Source: Octopus vulgaris
Taxonomy: Eukaryota
Direction of reading: 5' to 3'
Length of the DNA: 64,000 nucleotides
NCBI GenBank assembly: GCA_951406725.2
Contig: OX597819.1
Coordinates: 65,906,001 to 65,970,000 of the forward strand
This document shows, piece by piece, positions 12,974-26,454 of the stretch (the stretch's first letter is position 1; every line of letters starts with the position of its first letter). A program made the translations under genes and the position numbers. The notes beneath the pieces were generated by a model that was given only the letters and a program-made list of their open reading frames with translations, was not told where the DNA came from and did not search any database.

Positions 12974-14116
12974 TATTATTATTATTATTATCATCGTTGT
13001 TGTTGTTGTTGTTATTAATGTGAGGTCAGTGGATGTCAGAACAAGTAGATCACCCGATAAAATGTCTCATGATATATAGTAATTATTACGCCTTTTCCAG
13101 CTCTAAATTTGAATGCCGCGGGGATTAATTAACTTAGTCTTTCATCTTCTTTAGGGTCATTAAAATAATTACTAGTCCATAAGTGGGTGCTGGTGGGAGG
13201 ATGTGATTTTAATTGATTGAGCCCCTCCCACACTAACATGCGTGGCTGTGTGCCAATGTGAGAAATCAATATTCTCCAATACTGGATTCTCACACCCCAT
13301 ACACCTGACAAAAACACATGTTAGTGCAGTAAAATTCTTCCTTTAGCTATTAAGGCACAAACATGGTTGGGTAGTTTAGCAATGCGTTTTGCAAGCACGA
13401 AGTTCCGCGATCAATCCTAACAGGTGGCTTCTTCGGATCAATTAAAATTTTTTTCAATGAAATCAAATAATTGTTTGTCTCTGGTTTAACAGAGGTTATG
13501 TTCCAAGATGTCTTATCTGTGAACATCGCTTTAATATTTTTATGATCAGATAACTCCAAACCGCATTATTCACTTTACCTAAAGTGTTCTTTTCTAAAAT
13601 TATAGCATGTGATTCAAGTGTAGCAAATTATGTTACCAGGAAGAAGTTCTCTCTTGGGCAAGAAGTTCTCTCATGTCAAATTAAACACTTTGAAAATTGT
13701 ACGAAAGGTTGTCAGCTTTAATCCATGCGCCATTTTAAAATGATCTGCAGACCCTTGTGTGATTTTAATGGATTCCTCTCTGTTGTAAGAATCCATACCA
13801 AATCTCCAGTGTGAAGAGAACCTAATGTGATTGAAGGAATTGCTTCTGCCTCCTACTGCAGCTACCCATCTGCCATAGATTCTAGTACGTAGACTCGGCA
13901 TAATCGCCATGGGTATCATTTTATTTCTACTCTGATGTGCTAAAAGGCTCGCTGTACCCCATTGACAAATCAGCGTCTTTGTAATATCCTCAATTGGTAC
14001 ACACCGTCAGAAATCATGATACTGCGGAATTCATAAGACAAAATCTCTTCAAATGCTCGTGTTAAAAACAGGATAGCTAAATGTACATCTTTCTCTCTTT
14101 CTCTGTCTGTCTCTGC

Positions 14117-14149
<33 letters not shown>

Positions 14150-14490
14150 CACGCACACACATATATATATATTTATACATGCTTATATTTTATATATATA
14201 TATCAGCAGCAAAATAATATCAGAAGCGAATATTTGTATAGATATTAATGTTATTATTATCGAAGGCAACAGGAATGGTAGATAGCAACAACAACAACAA
14301 CAACATTAATATTGGTGGTTGCAAGCCTAAATCAGCATTATATAGCTATAGAATTTAAATTATATTTATCACAAGGACACATTAATGTGTCTACTCGCAA
14401 GAAATGACTGTTAAAATCCTTATTTGGATCACCCAAAACTTTTGGGTTCGTTCAAATGAAGATTTTAACTTTAATGAGTCCTTATTATAT

Positions 14491-14544
<54 letters not shown>

Positions 14545-14916
14545 GAACTTTACAGAAAAGCAGACGACGAAGTCAGGTGTATAAACAACAAGCAGGTGTA
14601 TTAGTTTGACGGTCGGGAAGGTGAGAAAGTCTTTTACGTTTCGAGCTTACGCTCTTCAGCAAAGAAGAACACGGTGAAATAAGCATATAAGTGTAACTGT
14701 GCACATGCTGTTGTTGAATTCTTTTCCTTTGGACTTTTTTCCATTTCTCCTTTCTGAAAAAAAGTTATGTTCGAATCGTCAATATCTCTGAGTGTCGAAC
14801 TAATATATTCCTTCTCGACGTCTTCTTGTTGGTCGTTGCTGTTAATTTTATCATTCGCTTATTTGATTTGACTACACACACACACATATATATATATACA
14901 TATATACACACAAGGA

Positions 14917-14967
<51 letters not shown>

Positions 14968-15358
14968 GAAGAAATTGGAGTCAACAAGGAGTACAGTTGG
15001 GCTGCTGAGGTTATCTTCGGATGTTTCTGTTGTTCTTGTTGTTATTGGTGGGTTTTGTGCGGCGGCGATGGGTATGTTGTTCTTGGCCTTCGTACTTACA
15101 CACAGACACACACAATAATGTATGTGTGTGTACGTATGCTTATACGTACCAATGTACACGTGTATGTATGCGTGTGTATGCAGGTAGGTAGGTAGGTAGG
15201 TAGGTATACATATAATAAACACGTAGGAGTCTTTCAACTACACTTTAGAATTTTGTTCGAAATATGTCACTCGTCCACCACTTCATATCGTAGGCTACAT
15301 AATCACAGATATTCTTGCAACCACACACACACACATACACATACACACACACATATAT

Positions 15359-15410
<52 letters not shown>

Positions 15411-15425
15411 TTATTATATAGAAGG

Positions 15426-15476
15426 AGCTTCTACAGGACTAGTACTGTTTCATTCAAGAGAAATCTTCAGGAAGCT
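15426..15476 (-). ncRNA. Type I hammerhead ribozyme (inverted copy)
   Basis: Exact reverse complement of 16747-16797. Confidence 0.7.
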
Positions 15477-16313
15477 ATTTAACAAGAATTGTATTAGCAT
15501 TTATACATTTAGGCAGGTTTAAAGGAGTGGTGGTGGGGGACTTTTTGGGGGTAGGCATAGCGCAAAATATCATACTTGGGGGAGTGGTCAAGGAGTCAGT
15601 GGTAAGTTAGATGAAAGAATAGATAAATAAAAAAATAAAAAAATTAAAAAATAAAAATAAAAAAGTAAAAAAAATAAAAAAATATATAAAAAAATAAATA
15701 AAAAAATAAAAAAATAAAAAATATATATAAAAAATATATATATAAAAAATATATATATAAAAAAGGGGGGATAGAGTTATAGGTAAATAAGGAGATTCTC
15801 ACTTATACCTATACACATATGTATACGTATCTACACACACACATATATATACACATATATATATACATATATATATATATATACATATACATACATACAC
15901 ATATACATACATATCTACATACACACATACATACACCCGCCCACATATACAAATTTATACACATGCATATACCTGTCTACACATACACACACGTATATAT
16001 GCATACACTCACTCCCATGCATGCACGCATACACACATGTATATATATACACACGACCACACATACATATATACACAGAAAAATATATATTCATACGCAC
16101 ATACACTCATGCACACACAACACACCTAGTTCCCTATATACACATATTTACACCTATATATACATACACCCACATACACATATGTACATATATATATATA
16201 TATATATACACATACACGCATACATATATATACATGTGTGCACATACATACATACACACATATACATACACATACACATACACATGTGTACCTATACATA
16301 CCTACACATACAC

Positions 16314-16354
<41 letters not shown>

Positions 16355-16746
16355 CCAATACAGGCCCATTCCCTAATTTTTTTTATATATATATTTTTTA
16401 TATATATTTTTTATTTTTTTATTTTTTTATTTTTTTATTTTTTTATTTTTTTAATTTTTTTTTATTTTTATATTTTTTTTTATTTTTTTTTTATTTTTTT
16501 ATTTTTTTATTTTTTTTATTTTTTTTTATATATATTTTTATTTTTTCATTTTTTTACTTTTTTATTTTTATTTTTTTATTTTTTTATTTTTTTATTTATC
16601 TATTCTTTCATCTAACTTACCACTGACTCCTTGACCACTCCCCCAAGTATGATATTTTGCGCTATGCCTACCCCCAAAAAAGTCCCCCACCACCACTCCT
16701 TTAAACCTGCCTAAATGTATAAATGCTAATACAATTCTTGTTAAAT

Positions 16747-16797
16747 AGCTTCCTGAAGATTTCTCTTGAATGAAACAGTACTAGTCCTGTAGAAGCT
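16747..16797 (+). ncRNA. Type I hammerhead ribozyme
   Basis: AGCUUC-CUGAAGA-UUUC(UCUU)GAAU-GAAA-CAG(UACUAGUC)CUG-UA-GAAGCU: 6-bp stem I, intact core, 4-bp stem III, GUA triplet; U-U at the base of stem II. Confidence 0.72.
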
Positions 16798-17152
16798 CCT
16801 TCTATATAATAAATTAATTTTACTCTGCTATGTATTGAGTACCTTACTTACTGTGGTTAACCCCGAACCAACCCGGGACCTACATATATATATATACATA
16901 TATATAAGGTAAAAAATATTTCAGTGGGGAAACACACGCGGTGGATATAAATGGAGAAAGAGAAAAGATGATAAAACACGGAAGATTTGCTTTACTCGAT
17001 TTAAGAGTATATTAGAGCCATGATAATAAAATATACAATTTTGTACAAAAAGTTTTGTTGCTTCAAAATAATTGAAGTAAGGACCGGTTTCGCATTGCTT
17101 ATCAAACTGGGAGTTGACAGACATAAATTGCTAAGGAAAAAGTATTATATAC

Positions 17153-17226
<74 letters not shown>

Positions 17227-17463
17227 ATATGTATGTATGTATGTATATATGTATATATGTATGTATGTATGTATATATGTATGTATGTATGTATTTATAT
17301 ATGTATGTATGTATGTATAGATATATATATGTATATATATATGTGTGTGTGTGTATATGTATATATATGTGTGTATATGTATATATATATATATATGCAT
17401 ATATATATGTATATATATATATTTATTTGTGTATATATATATGTATATATATATATTTATTTG

Positions 17464-17515
<52 letters not shown>

Positions 17516-17880
17516 TATATATGCATACATACATACATGCACTTACATATACACCTAAACAAATACAAGCATGCTTACGAATATGCCTTACCAGCGTGTT
17601 TATAAGACAAGTTATTTTATTTCCAGTGAAGTGTACAAACTTCGGAAGAAAACGAGATTGTGTGATTGGATAGGTTGTCTCCATTCTCCCTCACCATCAC
17701 CACCACCACCACCACTACTCTCCCGACCACCACTTCACTCATCAGATTTCATTGAAATCAGTTATAGACACCCCCTTTTTTCCGTTTGTTTACCTATCTT
17801 GACGGTTTAATGCTGTTAGAGAACATGACAGTCTAGCTTTCTAACACACACACACACAGACACAGAGACACAGACACACA

Positions 17881-17925
<45 letters not shown>

Positions 17926-18364
17926 TCCTCCACTTCTTATGCGACCTCTCAATGCCTCGAGTAATTGCAATACTATGCCATTCCTTACCAAATGTGTCGT
18001 CAGCAGCATTGTCGTCGTCGCCATCATCATCGTCGTAATCGTCTCTACGGGCACAACTTCCACTACCACCACCATCATCATGAAAAAGATAATACTGAAC
18101 CATATTTGTTGTCGTTGTTGTTGTTGTTGTTTGAGGTGGTAGATATAGTGGTGGTGCTAGTGGTGGTGGTGCTGCTGCTGCAAGTGGAGCACTGTTTTTA
18201 TTCGAACAAATCGATCCAAGACATGTTCTGTGTAAGCCTAGTGATCCTATTGGTCATTATTGCCGAACCGCTAGATTACGGGGACATAAACACACCAACA
18301 TCGATTGTCAAGCAACAATGGAGGGACAAGCACAGACACACAAATACGTACATACATTTATATA

Positions 18365-18448
<84 letters not shown>

Positions 18449-18917
18449 TAGATAGATAGATAGATAGATATTTCACTTTCTCTTCTTTTCCTTTTCTCTT
18501 CCTCTTTCTTTCCTTCTTCTTTTCTTACCCTTTCCTTTGACCTCACCCTTTCATTTTAACACAGGTATCTCTTCTCCCTTCTCTATCCACTTAATACTAT
18601 CACTACATTCTCAAATTTTCATTCACACCACAAGACCCCTTTGAATGAACAGCACATAGAATCTACGTCTTCACAATCTCCATTTGTGATGACAAAATAT
18701 GAACTCCTACTGGAATTTACATACCACGGAGAGGAAGCATTTTTACTACTTTTTACCACTTCTACACACCACTTTCCTTGAATAATGGAACTACGACTAT
18801 AACATCTTTATACATTTTTATTGATATTTCAGCATTCATTCCCCTATTTCTCTATATACTCCTTAATAACTTCTCATATTGAACTCTAATATTCCCTCTA
18901 TTTAACCATCACACATC

Positions 18918-18965
18918 GACTCTGATGAAGGGATATTCCTAATATCCCAGAAACAGCTATAAGAC
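18918..18965 (+). ncRNA. Minimal hammerhead motif in a Penelope-like terminal remnant (~18480-19035)
   Basis: CTGATGA-A-GGGATATT(CCT)AATATCCC-A-GAAAC-AGCT-ATA-AGAC; 8-bp stem II; point changes in stems I and III. Confidence 0.6.
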
Positions 18966-19056
18966 TAACTTTGTCTTTATAAATGTCCTGAAAGCTCCAC
19001 ACAGGCTTGCTTTGTTGTCTCATGATATTTAACACACACATATATATATATATATA

Positions 19057-19146
<90 letters not shown>

Positions 19147-19264
19147 TATACATCAAGAAATAATATTTGGGTTTATGGGACTGCAAAAGAAGGGATGGTG
19201 TTGTATGTAAAGTCGCTGACCCAAATTTAATGTTTGTTCTATAAGCAATGCTTCTTTATATATA

Positions 19265-19405
19265 CATATATACATACGACGGGCTTCTTCCAGTTTCCGT
19301 TTACCAAATCCACTCACAAGGTTTTGGTTCGTCCGAGGCAATAGTAGAAGAAGCTTAGCCAAGGTGCCACGCAGTGGGACTGAACCACGAACCATGTGGT
19401 TGTCC
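19265..19405 (-). mobile_element. 5' half of SINE family A
   Basis: CGACGGGCTTCTT..CCAAATCCACTCACAAGG..GTGGGACTGAACC. Confidence 0.8.
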
Positions 19406-19431
19406 AACGTTAGCTTGTTCTGTGTGTAATG

Positions 19432-19499
19432 CATATGGTGAAGAGGTTAAGAGCGCGGGTTACTAAACCCAAGATTCCGGGTTCGATTCCAGGCAGTGA

Positions 19500-19549
<50 letters not shown>

Positions 19550-19708
19550 TCGAGAAATTCTTTAGAAATAAGAACACAGGTTCGAAATTTCCCCAAGACA
19601 CATGATGAAGGCTGGAGTGTATATCAGCCGAAAAGTTGTGTTAACAACAAACAACATAAAGGCAAATATCCGTCAAATGTAAATAATGTAAATAATGCAA
19701 ATAATGTG
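19432..19708 (+). mobile_element. tRNA-headed SINE with internal (AAT)n and a 3' hammerhead-like motif
   Basis: A box TGGTGAAGAGGTTAAG, B box GGTTCGATTCC (19480-90), HHR-like motif 19598-19641, (AAATAATGY)n tail, 12-bp TSD CTGTGTGTAATG at 19420-31 and 19709-20. Confidence 0.8.
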
Positions 19709-20182
19709 CTGTGTGTAATGGTTTATACTTGATATTCTTCATGTAGGAGGATTACTGAGAATAGTTGATTGAAGACTTTGGAAGTTTGATTAAAAATTAA
19801 TCTTTGTTTTATCGTATTGTATTTCAACTTCTTTTTATGAGTCTTCTTTAAATAAAATATATTTAGCAAAATCTTAAGACTACATTGTTATGAAACCAAT
19901 TTTGTAATGTGCGTCTTATTTTAGTTACCACTCTGTTACTTTACTGATTGCAGCCCTTGAAGAACGTTGACTAATACCTTTTGCCTAATCCACTTACCAT
20001 TATTGTGTGTTCAGTTTAGTTGCTTCACGGTAATCCTCACAGAGAACACTACTAAACGTGAGTTACTCGACAACAACAACAATAACTACAGTACGCCAAA
20101 TACTACTACTGCTGCTGCTGCTACTACTTTGAAATTAACAACATCAACACTAACAGCAACGATGATATAACCAAATACAAAA

Positions 20183-20578
20183 GGCGGCAAGCTGGCAGAA
20201 ACGTTAACACGCCGGGCAAAATGCTTAACGGTATTTTGTCTGCCGTTACGTTCTGAGTTCAAATTCCGCCGAGGTCGAATTTGCCTTTCATCATTTCGAG
20301 GTCGATAAATTAAGTACCAGTTACGCACTGGGGTCGATGTAATCGACTTAATCCTTTTGTCTGTCCTTGTTTGCTCCCTCTGTGTTTAGCCCCTTGTGGG
20401 TAGTAAAGAAATAAGTATTTCGTCTGCCTCTACGTTTTGAGTTCAAATTCCGCCGAGGTCGACTTTACCTTTCATCCTTTCGGGGTCGATAAATTAAGTA
20501 CCAGTTGCGTACTAGGGTCGATCTAATTGACTGGCCCCCTCCCCCAAAATTGTGGGCCTTGTGCCAGAGTAGAAAAGA
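20183..20578 (+). mobile_element. SINE family B (internally duplicated)
   Basis: GGCGGCAAGCTGGCAGAAACG head; two GAGTTCAAATTCCGCCGAGGTCG..TTTCATC units. Confidence 0.88.
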
Positions 20579-21905
20579 ATGTAAATGAATATAATAGCAA
20601 CAAAAGAAATCTGAGAAACATTCAGAAAAATAACAATAACTGTAACAAGCAAAATTTATATAAAAAAGAAACCATATTCATTAAAAACACCAAAAACAAC
20701 AACAGCATGCATAAAATAAACAACTGTGATTATAGAAAAACAACATCAAGAACGTTAGAAAATCATCACTTATTACTTGTATAATAAATTTGTGAGAAGA
20801 ATTGGGGTAACATATATGCAAAACCGCTACTATGCTTAGGAAAACTAAAATCTGAGGAAACCATAGAAATCCTGACGACTTAGCCCAGATTATTTAATCT
20901 AAAAAAAAAGGAAAAAACGTAGTAAAATTTTTTAAGAAACTAACCTTGATGAGGTCATTCTTTGAAGAATGTTCTAGCAGTAAGAGAAAATCGAAATATC
21001 ACCTGCTCAATGATTGCTACAATGTTTGAAATAAGCTATTAGTCTTTGTTGTATTCACGAAATAACTAGAACTGGAAGAAGCAGGGTCTGTTCGTTCGGC
21101 TGGCATATGATATTGAATATCATCCTACAGACCCCTTCGATGAAGCTCTGCAAGATCACTTTGACACACACTCAGCCCACGTGACGTTATAGAGGTTCTG
21201 ACACAGGTACGAATGGAGAAACCACAGTGGGCGGGCCCTCAGTTAGACACAAACCGGAAACCTAGTCAAAAGAGAGCAAAATGTACCCTGCTAAAGACAT
21301 TTGAGAGACTTATTAGAGAGGCAAGAATTCATGGCCAAGTGGTTGTGCCATAAATTCGTTATTTTAAAGCCTTAGATTCACGTCCAAGGGACGGTGTTGC
21401 ATTGTATCTTTCGTCAAGTCTCTATTTCACGGAGATCCTGCGTTGAGAAGGCATATTTTCGTATTAGTTGTAACTTTAGTAGGAAAATGGTTTATAAAAT
21501 ATATAGATAGTCTATGGAGTAAATAAGGCAAATGCATTAATGCGCACGCGCAAACACTTACACGAGAATGAATTTGAATTTATGAATGTCTCAATTCGTG
21601 TGTGTGTGTGTGCTGTCATTTTATACGCATATTTATATGGGGATACTTCCAAAGAGATTTATTCGTAGAATGCCGAAAACATAAAAATCGACCATTATAT
21701 TATATATAGATATATATACGTGCACGTATATATATAGATACACACACACACACACATATGTGGGGGTGTATGTGTGTGTGTGCGTGTGTGTGTACCTGCG
21801 TGTGATATTGTGTGGTATACGCAATTAATGTCTACCTACATTGTCCAGATATTTTCATGTTCAGACACACACATATATATAAATACATATATATATATGT
21901 ATATG

Positions 21906-21973
<68 letters not shown>

Positions 21974-21989
21974 TATATGTATATATATG

Positions 21990-22025
<36 letters not shown>

Positions 22026-22478
22026 TGTATGTATATATATGTAGGTATATATATGTATATATATATATATATATATATACATTGGTATATATGTATATAT
22101 ATATATAAATACGTACATACTCCTGTGAGATTATATCTGCGTGTGTATGCGGGCTTGTTGGCGTGTATATAGTGACATAGGTACAGACAAGGTTTTCCAT
22201 ACGTTTTGCAGATATATGACAGGTAGTCAATATTGGTATTTCTCAAAGACGGTAAGAACTGGCATCTTAACAATGACATATAGACAATAGCTGCTGCATT
22301 ATGGAATTGGAACGATAGCGTAATGAAAGAGGTAAAAAGACAGAGGCAAAAACATGTCTACCAAACAAGTTATACTTCCATCTGCTTGCATCTATCTACG
22401 TAGCTACTTCGAATATATATACACATGCACACACACACACACACACACAGACACACACACACGCACCTACACACACAC

Positions 22479-22545
<67 letters not shown>

Positions 22546-22881
22546 CAAGTATATATTGTACACACATGTATAAGGCTATCAAACTGTCAAAATATCTTTG
22601 TAGAGATCTCATTCTCTCTCTCTTTCTTTGTCTCTGTGTGTGTTTGTAATTATGAGCGTGTGTATATGTGTGTATGTATGTATGTGAATTTGTATATATA
22701 TATATGTATGTATGAATGTATGTGTGTATATATGTATGAATGTGTGTGTGTTTAAGGGAAGCCGAAAAGTTCCTGATTTTGAGGAGTGAAAGAAGATACA
22801 TGGGGATTAGTCAATTAAGAATTTATTCAACAAATTCTTCTCGCGATACTCTCAAAGCCAGGAACACTTTAGCACTTCCTC

Positions 22882-22913
<32 letters not shown>

Positions 22914-22969
22914 ATGTGTGTCTGCATGTATGTATGTATGTATGTATGTATGTATGTGTATCCAAAGGA

Positions 22970-23240
22970 TCGAATCAAATGTTCCTCCCGAGCCATAAGC
23001 TTACAAGACTGGTTTCCCAAGTTCTGTGTCGTAAGTATTCCCTCTCTCCCTGACAGATATCACTCCGTTGCAGAGTTACTCATTCTTACAAGCTTGAATG
23101 GCCTGTTACAATGTGAAACGAAGTCTTCTGCCCCATACCATAACATATCGCCAGGACCAAGAATCAGAGTCACAATCTTATGGACAGGAACGCAATCTTA
23201 TGGACAGGAACGCAACACTGTAACTGTTAAACCACGCGTT
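22970..23240 (-). mobile_element. Degenerate tRNA-derived SINE
   Basis: Inverse head near 23230; CAATGTGAAACGAAGTCTT and GACTGGTTTCC segments resemble other SINE bodies in the window. Confidence 0.45.
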
Positions 23241-23469
23241 TAATGTGTGCTTGTAGCTGGTCGGTCATATAACAGGCTAAAGCAATCCTAGCGAAATCCA
23301 TGTCAAATTATATCTGTCTCGCCCCACTACGCTTAGGCAAATTCCTCGCTCCAGGGCAGGATGGTCTTACCTTAGGTGTCTTTGATCAGGAAACTGACCT
23401 CGTTTAAACTTCATCAGCATCGACAATCACCATTTGTGTATATATATATACACTGAATGTATCTATCTA

Positions 23470-25912
23470 TGTAAATCTCTCTCTCTTTCTCTGTTTCTTT
23501 CTTTCTATCCCATCCCCTTTTCGTCTTTTTTCCCTCACTTAACTTGTCTCTTCCTCTCTCTCTCATTCTTCATTCTCTCTCTCCCCCTCACTATTCTTCA
23601 TGGTCTCCTCGCACCATTCCCTTTCTTCTCTCCCTTCCTCTTGCTCCTCCTCCCCCATTCCCGTCGTCCATCTGCGACGATACTTCCGCCGTAACTGCTA
23701 ACGGTCTTTCTCGCCCGCCTTTTAAGGCTACTGGACAACTTTTCCTGCTCTCTCGTCGTTCACAAAAAATTAGCGTTTGCAATACTTTTTTCGTTCGGCG
23801 TCAACAGCCCTTCTTATCTTGTTCTCCCTGTCCTGTCTTTTACTGTTATATATATTTATTTTACTGCTTATATATATATTTATTTTTTTACTGTTTATAT
23901 TTTTGTACTGTCGTTACTGTCTCGTTTTTTTACCATTTTTTTTACCATTTTTTACCCCTCTGCGAAAAGATCTCAGAATTTTAATTGATTTGCTTTTCAC
24001 AGGAAGGAAAGTTTCTTGTCGAAGATACGTCTCGCTTTTATCCTTCGAAACGTAGAGTAGATGAAACCTTAGCGACTGAAGAAGGGGTTTTTTCGTTGTG
24101 TTAACTGTCCTGTACTCCATTTTTTGTTGTTTTTAAAAAAATGTCCTGTTCCTTTGGTTTGTGTCTATGTTTTCGTTTCTCTATGTGTTCGACGTCCCTT
24201 TGGTGTCCTGTACTCATATATGCGTGTATATGTACATGTAGAGGTAGGTACGTACATATATGTTTATATATATGCATATGTTTTATTTCTTTTATTAATA
24301 TATATATATATATATATATGTTAATAAAATATATGCATATATATAAACATATATGTACGTACCTACCTCTACATGTACATATACACGCATATATGTGTAC
24401 AGGACACCAAAAGGACGTCGAACACATAGAGAGACGAAAAACATAGACACAAACCAAGGAACAAGACAAGCAAAAAAAGGAGATACAGGACAATAAGCAC
24501 AACGAAAAATCCCCTTCTTCAGTCGCTAAAGTTTCATCTACTAAACGTTTCAAAGGATAAAAGCGAGACGTATACTTCGAATGAAAAATTCCTTCCTGCG
24601 AAAAGCAAATCAATTAAAATTCTGAGATCTTGTCGCAGAGGGGTAAAAAAAGCAAGACGGTAACGACAGTACAACCATATAAACAGTAAAAAATATATAT
24701 ATAAACAGTGGAAAAATAAATATATAACAGTGAGAGACAGGACAAGGAGAACAAGATAAGAAGGGCTGTTAACGCCAGACGAAAAAAGTATTGCAAACGC
24801 TGGATTATAGTGGACGACGAGAGAGGAAGATGTCGACCAGTGGCCTTAGAAGGCAGGTGAGAAAAGACGGGATAGCAGTTACGACGGAAGTTCGTCGCAG
24901 ATGGACGACGGGAATGGGGGAGAAGGAGCAAGAGGAAGAGAGAGAAGAAGGGGAATGGTGCGAGGAGACCATGAAGAACAGTAGGGGGAGAGAGAGAGGA
25001 AGAGACAAGTTAAGTGAGGGAAAAAAAGACGAGAAAGGGAATGGGAGAGAAAGAAAGAAAGATGCAGAGTCGCGTGAGAGTTAATATCAAGGCGAACTTG
25101 ATAAACAGAACAATCTTACTTAATAGGGTGCGTGCGTTTAGTCGTATAATATGTTAATAAAATATATGCATATATATAAACATATATGTACGTACCTACC
25201 TCTACATGTACATATACACGCATATATGTGTACAGGACACCAAAAGGACGTCGAACACATAGAGAGACGAAAAACATAGACACAAACCAAGGAACAAGAC
25301 AAGCAAAAAAAGGAGATACAGGACAATAAGCACAACGAAAAATCCCCTTCTTCAGTCGCTAAAGTTTCATCTACTAAACGTTTCAAAGGATAAAAGCGAG
25401 ACGTATACTTCGAATGAAAAATTCCTTCCTGCGAAAAGCAAATCAATTAAAATTCTGAGATCTTGTCGCAGAGGGGTAAAAAAAGCAAGACGGTAACGAC
25501 AGTACAACCATATAAACAGTAAAAAATATATATATAAACAGTGGAAAAATAAATATATAACAGTGAGAGACAGGACAAGGAGAACAAGATAAGAAGGGCT
25601 GTTAACGCCAGACGAAAAAAGTATTGCAAACGCTGGATTATAGTGGACGACGAGAGAGGAAGATGTCGACCAGTGGCCTTAGAAGGCAGGTGAGAAAAGA
25701 CGGGATAGCAGTTACGACGGAAGTTCGTCGCAGATGGACGACGGGAATGGGGGAGAAGGAGCAAGAGGAAGAGAGAGAAGAAGGGGAATGGTGCGAGGAG
25801 ACCATGAAGAACAGTAGGGGGAGAGAGAGAGGAAGAGACAAGTTAAGTGAGGGAAAAAAGACGAGAAAGGGAATGGGAGAGAAAGAAAGAAAGATGCAGA
25901 GTCGCGTGAGAG

Positions 25913-25917
<5 letters not shown>
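23470..25917. repeat. ~770-830-bp unit present three times: one forward copy, then two inverted tandem copies
   Basis: Forward copy ~23470-24300; inverted copies ~24318-25085 and ~25150-25917 with an 833-bp period (identical ORFs at 24614 and 25447); palindrome centre on (TA)n at ~24310. Confidence 0.9.
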
Positions 25918-25953
<36 letters not shown>

Positions 25954-26114
25954 TATACTATTTTATATAGAAATTGTTAACTTTAACAATACTCAGAAAC
26001 AGGCTAGAATCGAAGTGCTCAAATTGAGATAAGTTACGCACTGGGGTCGATGTAATTGACTTAATCCCGTCCCCCAAATTTCAGGCTTAGTGCCTACAGT
26101 AGAAAGGATTATTA

Positions 26115-26145
<31 letters not shown>

Positions 26146-26427
26146 GAAGACGACCATTTTCTAGAATCGTCAAAGACTCAGAAAAAGTCTCTTGCCTTAT
26201 TTGTTCAAGCTGTTTGCGTATAGAGTTCAATCTACTTCACCTTTCATCATTCTAAAACCTAGTAAATAAAGTACCCAGGAAGTAATGGAAGTTGGTGATG
26301 GGGTGGGGTGACGATGGTATGGACTATACCCTTCCTTTTAAAAAAATGAGTTTATGTCCCTGAATCGGAAACGATTATTTTTGTTGTTGCTGTTATTGTT
26401 GTTGTTGTATACAATATTGATATATCT

Positions 26428-26454
26428 ATTTTTTCAATTTCATTTCAGGTAAGT
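26428..26454 (+). promoter_or_regulatory. Candidate recursive splice site (AG|GTAAGT)
   Basis: ATTTTTTCAATTTCATTTCAG|GTAAGT: pyrimidine-rich 3' splice site abutting a consensus donor. Confidence 0.5.

Larger units (their letters stand above)
15409..16885. mobile_element. Non-autonomous Penelope-like element with inverted terminal repeats, inserted in (TA)n
   Basis: ~230-bp near-perfect inverted repeat (15409-~15640 against ~16590-16814) extended by A-rich/T-rich tracts; each arm holds an HHR; the right arm runs ~70 bp further. Confidence 0.65.

Noticed and set aside
13550-13970. Possible coding remnant (also 21080-21480 and 40040-40340)
   Set aside because: No motif I could recognise with confidence; left unassigned.
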